From Savitreella phatthalungensis (Eukaryota): a stretch of DNA of 64,000 bases. Within the stretch, counting starts at the first letter, position 1; each line of letters begins with the position of its first letter. The notes beneath the pieces were generated by a model. The model was given only the letters and a program-made list of their open reading frames with translations. It ran no database searches and had not been told where the DNA came from. A program made the position numbers and the translations under genes. This document shows, one piece after another, positions 53,201 to 62,636 of the stretch. The stretch spans positions 186,001-250,000 of the forward strand of contig AP039700.1 of assembly GCA_051599415.1 (NCBI GenBank), in the 5' to 3' direction.

Positions 53201-55074
53201 CCAAGGGTTTTGGAGATATCACGCCTTTCATCGGAAGCGCTCAAGAGCTGAACCAGTGGTGGCTGTCTCTCCAGTTTAGTCGAGTGACGGACCAAGGCAT
53301 GCAGATCATTGTCACGCAGATTCAAAAACGGCGATTGGATGCTTGATTGATTTTGCTCACGCATCTCAGCGATGTACGCTACAGACAATTTCGATCATTC
53401 GAGATAACTCTTCGACGGCATACTGTCGTTCGTCAGACACATCTCATACCTCAGAGATATCGAGATTCAATGCTCTTATGAGAACAACGACGATATGAAC
53501 CTTCTTTCAACTTTCGTGAGGTGCCATCCATTTGGCGTCTGAGTAATGCGTCGGCTTGTCGATCACCCGGTCGTCTAACTTGGATCGCTATAGCTTAACT
53601 TGCTCATTTGTGTGGCTCCGTTCTGAGAAAGGCGGATCTGTGGAGCATGCATGGAAATCTCATCTCATTAAAACTGAAGCACCAGGCCATATAACGTCTG
53701 CTCAGATCACTGTGGGAGCCGGCTTTTGGTTTCTATGTGCTGGCGCCCACGAAAGCGAAGCCGCCAGAGAAGAATTCGCGCTACAGCAATTAGATTGCAA
53801 TTGCGACCCGCTACTTGTCCGGTAAAAAAACATGCTGACTGAAGATGTCATGCCTGAAGAGTAATTCCCGGGCGACCAATTGCAAACCCATTAGAAGTCA
53901 GCCACGAGCTCACATCGAACAGGACGAGGATTGGGACGCCATTCATGCCACGAAGTTCTTGGATCACTGAGAGTGGAAGCACCACCCAAAGGAAAGGTTA
54001 TCGGCTAAACTCTGATGAGTCGGATCCTCGAGGCGATCTGCAGGCTGTGTAAGAATCTGAGATATCGGAGTCTATTGACAACACACAGCATCAGCCATAT
54101 GGGTTGAAGCTGAAGCCAGTGCGATTAACGAGCCGCTCGGCCATAAACCCGAGTACTCGAGAAACTTGAACTAAAACTTGGCGAGCTAAACCGCATGAGA
54201 AGGACGTCGGCGGACTTTACAGATACGCCCTGCCCGTGAAGAATGAATGGTCAAGTTGAGCTCTACTACTGCAACTTAAAGAACAGAAAAGATACGAGCC
54301 AGGCTAGTCTGGCTATCCAGTAAGGTAAGCTACTCTTGAGCACGACTCTCTCTGTCCCGCTATACTCCGGCCAGTCAAAATACGGAGACAGGCTAGTGAG
54401 AGCGAGAAAAAAGTGTACACGTACGAATGTACAAACAAATGAAGGAACGTGTGGGAGGCAGGCTAGGTCGGTTGATTGTAAAATTGAACCGGAGGCCTGG
54501 TAAACGGCTTCTCATTACGCAAACCAGGCAAGGAAAAATCGATTTTGTCGACACACTTCCACAGATCCGACAGTCTGGATCGTCGCCCTGCACGCCACTT
54601 CGAGCTTGACACTTCGACCGACAATTGACTTTGAAGGATACAGAGAGTCCTAAGGCAAGATACTGGATTGAATCACGTTCCAATCTCCATCGAGGGTCAA
54701 GCCTGGTGGTGAATGTGAAAGAAGAAGAGTGGGTGAAGAAAGTCCAAGTAGCTTGAGACAATACGCTCTTTTCTCTCACGGTAGACGACGCGCATTTCTG
54801 TGTCCCTGCCACAACACGCGTCTTTCACAAAACCTGGCAGACGAATCGAAGAGTCGAGACGCGTGACATTAGCGGCATCTACCGGACGCTGACACTTATC
54901 ATTAGCTCAGCCAATTCTAAGCCTCTAGCAGGAACGCACCGCAACGCATCTGTGCGACACAAATCTGACTGATACCGCGATCGAGTCTCGTCCGTAGTTG
55001 CCGACGATCCAATCATCGAGACTGGTCAGATTCGAAGGATTGAGTGAGGTCCTCAGCACCAGGTCGCGAAGTGC

Positions 55075-55950
55075 ATGTCAGGGAGCTTCCGACATGACAC
55101 AGGGAATTTGGGCTATCAGGACACCGGCTTCGGCACGGCGGAACACTCTCAAGCGTATCATGGTCAGCAAGAGCAACAACAACAGCAGCATACTCGGTCG
55201 AGTTGGCAACAGTCCACTGGACACGGTGTCGACTCTGTCAACCCGACAACGGCATTCCCGGTCACTGGAACTCCTTCCAACGTGACAGCAGCTGGATCAT
55301 CTGACTTCACTGGCACTCCAGTCGGGCTTCTTGCGATGAATTTACCATTTCGCGTACGTTGGCAGGATCTTAAGGACCTCTGTAGGGAGATTGCTCCGGT
55401 CATTCGCGCCGAAGTGGCTCTCGAGCCTGATGGCCGGTCTCGAGGATTTGGCGAGGTATATGTTGGGTCGCGTGAAGACGCTGAGTTGATTCGATCGCGT
55501 CTCGACCACTACGACTGGCATGGTCGCAGGATCCGAATTCACCTAAATGAGTCCAATGAGTCTGGATCCGCCACAGGATTGCCAATCATGCGTCCGGGCT
55601 CACTCGTCCCCTCTGGCGCAGGCGGAACAGCGACTCCGCCAGCTGACGTGGACGAGCGCGTGGTATTTGTCGGCAATCTGCCGTGGACCGTCCAGTGGCA
55701 GGACCTGAAGGACCTCCTCCGGCCGGCAGGTCGGATCCTCCGCGCGGACGTCTCCACCGGCCCAGACGGCCGCTCCAGAGGATGGGGCACTGCCCTCTTC
55801 GCCACCGAGCAAGAAGCCCAAGCGGCCATCGACAGGTTCGACAACTTCGAAATCAGCGGAAGACTCATCAGACTACGGAAAGATCGACTTGGAGGCCGTG
55901 GAGCTCCAACCAATTTCGCACCGAGACCAGCTTCTCATCCTCAGCATTAA
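55075..55950 (+). CDS. Two-RRM RNA-binding protein (Gbp2/Hrb1/hnRNP M-like)
   Basis: Two RRMs each with NLP...WQDLKDL and DGRSRG(F/W)G RNP1. Confidence 0.88.
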   Translation: MSGSFRHDTGNLGYQDTGFGTAEHSQAYHGQQEQQQQQHTRSSWQQSTGHGVDSVNPTTAFPVTGTPSNVTAAGSSDFTGTPVGLLAMNLPFRVRWQDLKDLCREIAPVIRAEVALEPDGRSRGFGEVYVGSREDAELIRSRLDHYDWHGRRIRIHLNESNESGSATGLPIMRPGSLVPSGAGGTATPPADVDERVVFVGNLPWTVQWQDLKDLLRPAGRILRADVSTGPDGRSRGWGTALFATEQEAQAAIDRFDNFEISGRLIRLRKDRLGGRGAPTNFAPRPASHPQH

Positions 55951-56162
55951 TGCGCGTCAGCGCACATTCCATTGCCAGCGCTAGCACCATCTCGCAGGCA
56001 TCAATAGCATCAGCATGAAGTGATAGGTATTACTTAATCACAACCCAGCCCTTATCACCTTCGTTCATTTCTTCCCTAAGCCACGAACACATCCGCACGC
56101 CTGAAACACAGATACACTCATCCTTGTTTGCAGCTTGAGTTTCTACAGGGATATAGCTATGG

Positions 56163-58667
56163 CTATGGGTCGTTGGGTTTGACGATCTTCGGCTCGTCCG
56201 TCTTTCCCAATCTCTCCTTTTCGTACTTGAGTTTGAGTGCCTGCTTGTACTCTCTGATTCCCTCGTCGAATTCAACGACTTGCCCATTGTCGACGATCCA
56301 GACTTCCTCGGCCACCTGCTCGATCAGCCTGAAGTCGTGTGAGATGACGACGCAGCCGCCGTCGAAGTTGTTGATGGCGGCTGCGAGGGCATCGATCGTG
56401 TCGAGGTCGAGTGCGTTGGTCGGCTCGTCGAATAGCAGCATGTGCGGCTGGAGTAGACCGAGGTGAGCAAACAGGACACGACGACGCTGACCGTCAGAAA
56501 GCTGGCGCATCGGAATCACCTGAGACTTCCCCGTCAACCCATACCGACCCACAAACCCGCGCATCGTGTGGGCGTTGTAACCTAGGCTTGGATGTGTGCC
56601 GCAGAGCCACTCGACTGCGGATTTAGAGAGGTCAAGTTGGTCGCCCATGTGCTGGTGGAAGTGGGAGAGCCGGAGGTGGTGGTGTTTGGTGATTGTGCCT
56701 GAGGTGGGTTCAAGTTTGCCGAGGATGAGCTTTAGGAGGGTGGTCTTGCCTGCACCGTTAGGGCCGACGAGGGCGATGCGGGAGGTCAGGTCGAGACCAA
56801 ACGACATGTCTTTCAGTAGCACGTCCTTGCCAGGGTACGCAAAGTCAACGTTCATGAACTTGACAGCCGGAGCAGGGATGCCGCCACCGCATTCCTGGAA
56901 CTTGATCACGAGCTCCCGCTCCCATACGATCTCCTCGTCCAACGCAGAGTTTGCAGCCTTTTCCTTCTCCGCTCGCTTCTCCATCGCTTTCTTCGCAGCC
57001 TTTGCCTGCTTCTGCTGCTCGGATCCGACCATGTTCAGCTTGTTTTGGAGTGACTTGAGCTGCTTCTCTTCCTTTTTCGCCCGCTTCTGCAGCACGACGT
57101 CACGCTCAGCACGCACTTTCGTGAAGGTGTCGTAGTTGCCGGCGTAGTGGTCGAGGTGCTGATGGTATAGGTGGATGATGTCTGTGCACACTTCGTTCAG
57201 GGTCTCCTGCGAGTGCGAGGTGATGAGTAGCGTCTGTCCCTTGCACTCATGCAGTAGGTACTCTTCCAACCATACCACCGCCTCCAGGTCGAGGTGATTT
57301 GTCGGCTCGTCCAGCATCATCAATGTCGGCTTGACAAACAGGATGCGTGCTAATGCGATACGCATACGCCAACCTCCCGAAAGATCTTTCGTCTTGAAAT
57401 TGAGCATGGCATCTGAGAAGCTGAGACCTTTCAGGATCGTCTTGACCTTGTTTTCTCCGCCTTCTGTCGTCAACTCTGTCAGACGGTTCTGAATGTAGTC
57501 TAGCTGGACGGCGTTCTTGTCAGGATCGTCGTATAGCTCCCCCATCTGGTCCTCGAGCGCGATCCGCTCACGCTCGACAATGTCCAAGACCGCCTCCACA
57601 CATGTCTGCTCAGTCGGCGCATACTCGCGGTCGAGCAGGTAGACGTCGAGCGCACTAGGTCGAGGCACGAGCCCGCAAGCAATGCCGTGGAGAAGAGTCG
57701 ATTTGCCTGACCCGTTCGGAGCGATGAGACCGTACCTGCGGCCGTTGATGAGAGAGAGGTCGGACTCCTTGATGAGGAGCTTGCCGTAAGCCTGGACGGT
57801 GAGCTTGTCAATCTGAAGGTCGCGCGCGTTGTCTGGAGAAGTGAGGTTACCCGTGACGGCAATGCCGTCTGCTGGATTTGTGCCGTCTGGGCCAAGGAGC
57901 TGGCCTGAAGCGTATGCGTAGTTTGCAGGTGCCGACTTCTTTAGAACACCTGGCTGCTGGACCTCCTCTTCGTCGGTCTCTTCGTCAGCTTTTGCTGCGG
58001 CCGCTTTCTTTGCATTCTTCCGCTCCTCCCTGCCCTTCTTCTTCTCCTTCCGGGACAGCTTCGGCTGATCTGCGTCCTCCTCGTCCTGAGCCTCCTCATC
58101 ATTGCTGCCTGCGTCGGCCGAGGATGACTTCGACTTGGAACTCTTTGACTTCGACTTGGACGAGGTGGACGACTTCTTCTTCTTCTTGGAAGAGAAGTCA
58201 TCGTCATCATCCATACTCAATGCATTAAAGGCATTTGCCGGGGCGGCACGGCTGTCGTCTTCTTCTTCCTCCTCCTCATCTTCGTCCTCGTCATCTCCAT
58301 TCAGCAGATCGAAAGCGTTCTGCGGGGCCGACTTCTTCTTCGCTGCGGGTTTTGCTTTTATGGGAGCTGGCGGTGGGACATCTGCATCGTCTATATCACT
58401 GTCGACCTTGAGATCGAATTTATCATCGTCGTCATCGTCATCATCGTCACTGTGATTGGCCTTACTAGCAGCCGAGGGCTTGCTCTTGGAAGCCTTCTTT
58501 GCCTCGCGCTTTGCTTTCTTCAATGCCGAGTTTGACATTGTGGATTCCTCTTCAGCGCCGTCTGTAGTGGTTGCATTCTGCTGTGACTTAGACGCAGATT
58601 GATTATCATCCTCCTCATCACCTCTACGTGCAGCACCTGCTTTCTTACCGGCTGCTTTCTTCGCCAT
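56163..58667 (-). CDS. ABC-F family ATPase (no TM), ABCF2/Arb1-like core with long charged N-terminal extension
   Basis: Two NBDs: APNGSGKS/LSGGW/LDEPTNHLD and GPNGAGKT/LSDGQ/FDEPTNALD; ~260-aa K/D/E-rich N-terminus. Confidence 0.92.
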   Translation of the reverse strand: MAKKAAGKKAGAARRGDEEDDNQSASKSQQNATTTDGAEEESTMSNSALKKAKREAKKASKSKPSAASKANHSDDDDDDDDDKFDLKVDSDIDDADVPPPAPIKAKPAAKKKSAPQNAFDLLNGDDEDEDEEEEEEDDSRAAPANAFNALSMDDDDDFSSKKKKKSSTSSKSKSKSSKSKSSSADAGSNDEEAQDEEDADQPKLSRKEKKKGREERKNAKKAAAAKADEETDEEEVQQPGVLKKSAPANYAYASGQLLGPDGTNPADGIAVTGNLTSPDNARDLQIDKLTVQAYGKLLIKESDLSLINGRRYGLIAPNGSGKSTLLHGIACGLVPRPSALDVYLLDREYAPTEQTCVEAVLDIVERERIALEDQMGELYDDPDKNAVQLDYIQNRLTELTTEGGENKVKTILKGLSFSDAMLNFKTKDLSGGWRMRIALARILFVKPTLMMLDEPTNHLDLEAVVWLEEYLLHECKGQTLLITSHSQETLNEVCTDIIHLYHQHLDHYAGNYDTFTKVRAERDVVLQKRAKKEEKQLKSLQNKLNMVGSEQQKQAKAAKKAMEKRAEKEKAANSALDEEIVWERELVIKFQECGGGIPAPAVKFMNVDFAYPGKDVLLKDMSFGLDLTSRIALVGPNGAGKTTLLKLILGKLEPTSGTITKHHHLRLSHFHQHMGDQLDLSKSAVEWLCGTHPSLGYNAHTMRGFVGRYGLTGKSQVIPMRQLSDGQRRRVLFAHLGLLQPHMLLFDEPTNALDLDTIDALAAAINNFDGGCVVISHDFRLIEQVAEEVWIVDNGQVVEFDEGIREYKQALKLKYEKERLGKTDEPKIVKPNDP

Positions 58668-58953
58668 AGTCTATATTGTGCTCTTTGTCTTGTGGTTATG
58701 TCTTCAGGCACTTTGTACCATGTCTTCATGAGTTTGCGTAACCTGAAAATCCAATCAATTCAATGCAAACCTGAAAAATGACGCCGCAACACTAAAAAGA
58801 GGACAAGTTCACGTGATTGATCCAACAGCTACACTCGCACACCAGACACTCACTACATCACTTCATCCTCCATTCCACCATTCTCCGTCTCATTTTCTCC
58901 TGTTCCCGCCGCTGTCGCTGTCACTGATAGGTATATCGTAGCGCTGCGTCGTT

Positions 58954-59718
58954 ATGCTGAAGAGAGCCTGCGGGCGGGGGGTCGCTGCTCGCCCAATTGC
59001 TAGACGGGCCTACAGCCCGTGGTTGTCTGGAAGATGGTCGTCTGGTATCGATGAGCACTCTGCATCTTATGGCTCTTCCGCTCCTGCCTCTATGTCAATG
59101 CCGATCCCATTTGTGATTGAGAATACCGGCCGGTCCATTCAATCGTATGACATATTCTCCCGGCTGCTGAAGGAGCGGATCATCTGCTTGAACGGAGGCG
59201 TTGATGATGGCGTTGCTGCTGTGGTGACTGCGCAGCTACTGTTTTTGGAGAGTGAGGCGCCTGGGAAGAGTATCTCGATGTATATCAATTCGCCTGGAGG
59301 AAGTGTGACGGCTGGGCTTGCTATCTACGACACGATGCAGTACATCTCATGCGAGGTAAGCACGGTGTGCTTGGGGCAGGCGTGCTCCATGGGCTCGCTC
59401 TTGCTGGCCGCGGGCGCAAAAGGTAAGCGGTACGTGCTGCCGCACGCCAGTATCATGGTCCACCAGCCCAGCGGCGGCTTCAGGGGTCAGCAGAGCGATA
59501 TAGCGATTCACGCGAGGGAGATACTCCGGACCAGGGATCGCCTCAACAGGATCTACCAGAGGCACATGCAGGAGGCTGGCGTGGAGAAGACGCTCGAGCA
59601 GGTAGATTCGCTCATGGAAAGAGACAACTTCTTGACCGCAGACGAAGCTATTGCGCTGGGTATCTGCGATGAGAAGCTTGAACATCGTCCACAGCGCAGC
59701 ACAAGCGACACAGACTGA
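58954..59718 (+). CDS. CLPP: Mitochondrial ATP-dependent Clp protease proteolytic subunit
   Basis: Arg-rich presequence; [34 protein letters not shown]; catalytic triad in ACSMG / HQPSGG / ERDNF. Confidence 0.95.
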   Translation: MLKRACGRGVAARPIARRAYSPWLSGRWSSGIDEHSASYGSSAPASMSMPIPFVIENTGRSIQSYDIFSRLLKERIICLNGGVDDGVAAVVTAQLLFLESEAPGKSISMYINSPGGSVTAGLAIYDTMQYISCEVSTVCLGQACSMGSLLLAAGAKGKRYVLPHASIMVHQPSGGFRGQQSDIAIHAREILRTRDRLNRIYQRHMQEAGVEKTLEQVDSLMERDNFLTADEAIALGICDEKLEHRPQRSTSDTD

Positions 59719-59764
59719 TGACGATAAGGCATGATGGCTTTGAAGAGAAGTCTATTGGGCTGGT

Positions 59765-62275
59765 CTAGTTGACCCAAAAGTCTGGGAAATCTTTGGTGGA
59801 CAAATTGTTCCGATCGGGCTTGCCTTGCCGAAGAATGGACGGGGAGAATGACTCGGTATCCTCGAATGTCGGCGTGTCGAACATGCCATCTGGGTCTTTG
59901 TCTTCGGCGTTGATGAAGTCCTTACACTTCTGCCTCGCATGGCCAATTTCGCCGAGAAGGACAGGGAGGTCAACTTTGACTCGGTCGTTTCGAGCTGAGG
60001 CGGCAAGGACTGCACGCTCGAGGACGTCGAAGCGCGAGCACTTGTTTCGCATCATGAGATCGAGCATCGTCGTCGTCGTGCCTTCTTCACGGTAGCAAGC
60101 GATCGACATCCGCGCGCCCGTGCAGGAACGACGACCGAAAAGCATGCCACCGAGGTCGATGTGGTAGCCGTGGTAGTTGAACAACACGGGCCTGTCGGTC
60201 GTGAAGAGCGCTTCGAATGTGGTCTCTGAGAAGGAGTGCGGGTGCTCGTTTTGGCCGAGGACCATGAGGTCGTTGACGTTGACTACGCGGACGCGAAGGG
60301 CTGGCGCTAGACGACGAAGAATACTCGCTGCCGACACCACCTCCAACGTCATCTCGGAACCGATGCCGCACAGGACGACATCAGGATCCAGTCCGTCATC
60401 TGTTGAGCAGAACTTCCAGACACTCGCACCTGCCCGACAGTGTGCGTCGGCCTCGTCCGCACTCAGGAATACTGGTTTCGGCTGCTTGCTGCCGACGAGC
60501 AGGTTCGCGTAGTTCTTCGACCTCAGGCAGTGCGCGACAGATGAGAGGAAGGTGTTGGCGTCAGCAGGGAAGTAAACTCTGGCCGCTTGAGGCTTCAGAT
60601 TCAAGAACGTCTGGATAACGGACGGATTCTGGTGAGAATACCCATTGTGAAACTGTTCGGCAAAGGTGGACGTGACGATGTAGTTGATCGAGTTGACGGG
60701 CTTTCGCCAGGTGGTCTCGTGGGTTTGCTTGATGAACTTCTCGTACTGGACGAGCATTGTGTGAGCAATCGACGCGAACGACTCGTATGAAGGGAAGAGG
60801 CCGGATCTGCCTGTCAGCAGGTATCCCTGTAGCATCCCGTGAAGGAGATTTTCGCTCAGAATCTCAATCACCTGTCCTCCTTTTCCACGCGTCGTTTCGT
60901 CCCATTGGAAGTTGCGAGCCGTGTTGTCAAGGACCGCGTCGAGCTTGTTGCTCGCGAGCTCGTCGGGCGAAAAGATGCGGAAGCCCTGCTTGTTGTCATT
61001 TGCCACTGAGTCGAGCAGGACGCCAATCGCTCGCATGCACGACTCTTGCGTGCCGATCTTGTGAGCGTATTTGCGCCAGTCCGGTACGCTAAGTGGCTCC
61101 CGGGGTAGCTTGTCGAGGATTCGTCCGAGAAGCTTGGCGTTATTGTCTGGAATAGCCTTCCGAACCTGCTCGCTGATCTGACCGTCCGGCGTGATGAGTT
61201 CGGAGACGTGGTACTTGCCGAGCCAGTCCTGGAGCTGTTCCAGCTCCGTATCGTCCTTGGCAGCGGTCATCAGAGGAACCTGGTGACTACGGAAAGTGCC
61301 TTCAACGAATTGATCCTCCACCTTCTGTGGGCCAGTCCACCCTTTGGGTGATTGGAGGACAATGAGTGGCCAGCGCGGCTTGACAATGGGTTTCCCGCCA
61401 CGGGCGGCGGCTTGAATCTTTTTTATCTCGGTGTGCGCCCACTCGAGACTGCAGGCGAGGTCGTCGTCAATGTTGTCGAGGTCTCGAACGATCACGGTCT
61501 GGTATCCGTGTCCTGCAAAGTAGGCTGTGGTCTCTGCGTCGTCCATGGTGCCTAGCTGGGTCGGGTTCGCGATCTTGTACTTGTTCACATGGACGATCGG
61601 GATCACTGCTCCGGACTCTGCAGGGTCGATGTACTTGTGGCCCTGCCAGGACGCGTGCATTGTCGCCGTCTCAGCCTCGCCGTCACCCACCACACAGCAC
61701 ACCACCAGATCACGCTTGTCCATCACAGCTCCCCAAGACACAGCGAGCGCATACCCGAGCTCACCACCTTCGTGGATAGAGCCAGGAGTGAGTGCAGTCA
61801 CGTGTGACGGGAACCCGGTCGGCGTACTAAATCCGTACACCAGCCGATCAAGTCCCTTGCGCGTGCGGCTATACGCTTCATCGTAGTGGCCTAAGCTGCC
61901 TTCGAGCCAGAGACTCGCGAGGATGGCTGGCGCTCCGTGTCCTGGACCAACCACGTACAGGCAGTCGAGGTCGTGCCTGCGGATCAGCAGGTTCAGGTGT
62001 GCGTACACGAGCGTCAGTCCAGGGCACGTACCCCAGTGACCGAGTAGTCTAGGCTTGATGTCCGAGTGTCTGAGTTCACGTTCCAGCAGGCTGTTCTCCT
62101 TCAGGAAGATCATACTCGCCGCCAGGTAGTTGGCTGCACGCCGGAATGCCACGACGTTGGAAAGCACATCCTTCTCGAGGAAGTCTTTGTGATCGAGCTT
62201 GACACTCAGAAGGTCTGCCACTTCCTGAGGTAGGAGAGACCGCTCTGCCTGCGGATTAGGCGTATCTAGGACCAT
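59765..62275 (-). CDS. XFP: D-xylulose-5-phosphate/D-fructose-6-phosphate phosphoketolase
   Basis: First ATG 62275 (the track start is GTG); KPRLLGHWGTCPG, GPGHGAP, PGSIHEGGELGY, VGDGEAET (ThDP motif), HNGYSHQNP, YREEGTTTT. Confidence 0.95.
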   Translation of the reverse strand: MVLDTPNPQAERSLLPQEVADLLSVKLDHKDFLEKDVLSNVVAFRRAANYLAASMIFLKENSLLERELRHSDIKPRLLGHWGTCPGLTLVYAHLNLLIRRHDLDCLYVVGPGHGAPAILASLWLEGSLGHYDEAYSRTRKGLDRLVYGFSTPTGFPSHVTALTPGSIHEGGELGYALAVSWGAVMDKRDLVVCCVVGDGEAETATMHASWQGHKYIDPAESGAVIPIVHVNKYKIANPTQLGTMDDAETTAYFAGHGYQTVIVRDLDNIDDDLACSLEWAHTEIKKIQAAARGGKPIVKPRWPLIVLQSPKGWTGPQKVEDQFVEGTFRSHQVPLMTAAKDDTELEQLQDWLGKYHVSELITPDGQISEQVRKAIPDNNAKLLGRILDKLPREPLSVPDWRKYAHKIGTQESCMRAIGVLLDSVANDNKQGFRIFSPDELASNKLDAVLDNTARNFQWDETTRGKGGQVIEILSENLLHGMLQGYLLTGRSGLFPSYESFASIAHTMLVQYEKFIKQTHETTWRKPVNSINYIVTSTFAEQFHNGYSHQNPSVIQTFLNLKPQAARVYFPADANTFLSSVAHCLRSKNYANLLVGSKQPKPVFLSADEADAHCRAGASVWKFCSTDDGLDPDVVLCGIGSEMTLEVVSAASILRRLAPALRVRVVNVNDLMVLGQNEHPHSFSETTFEALFTTDRPVLFNYHGYHIDLGGMLFGRRSCTGARMSIACYREEGTTTTMLDLMMRNKCSRFDVLERAVLAASARNDRVKVDLPVLLGEIGHARQKCKDFINAEDKDPDGMFDTPTFEDTESFSPSILRQGKPDRNNLSTKDFPDFWVN

Positions 62276-62636
62276 GCCTGTATTCCAGTGATGGGACACA
62301 ACACGATTCAGCTTGACTTGAAGCGACTAGACCTCACCTGTAGACGCCTTGGACAGAGATCCTTCGAGCTTCGAGAATTCTGCGGTTGTCGTTGCAGTGA
62401 CTTGGGCGAGGACGTTCGGACGTGAACGTGTTCCCGGATCTCCGAACGAGATCTGATTATACCTGATTGAAGCTTTCAATCCTGATATGACGTCGGTGAC
62501 AGAGGTGGGATTTCAATCTGATGACGGTCGATCGTATTTATCCGAGTAGCCGAGATATTGTCTCGTTCAGATTGCAGGCTTGTGACAGGAGCTGTCGATG
62601 CCGGGGTGATAGCTCTGTAAAGCCAGCGGTGTCTTG
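62276..62636. promoter_or_regulatory. Short bidirectional promoter shared by phosphoketolase and acetate kinase
   Basis: ~360 bp between divergent ATGs; contains ATGACGT (CRE/M26-like) at 62487-62493. Confidence 0.6.

Noticed and set aside
54012..54045. CTGATGA hammerhead-core-like words (also near 24346)
   Set aside because: No stem II followed by GAAA and no stems I/III
62450..62490. CTGATTATACC resembling a fungal TPP riboswitch upstream of ThDP-dependent XFP
   Set aside because: Lacks CTGAGA and the downstream CTTGAT...AAT...GCG elements, and lies on the strand opposite the XFP transcript
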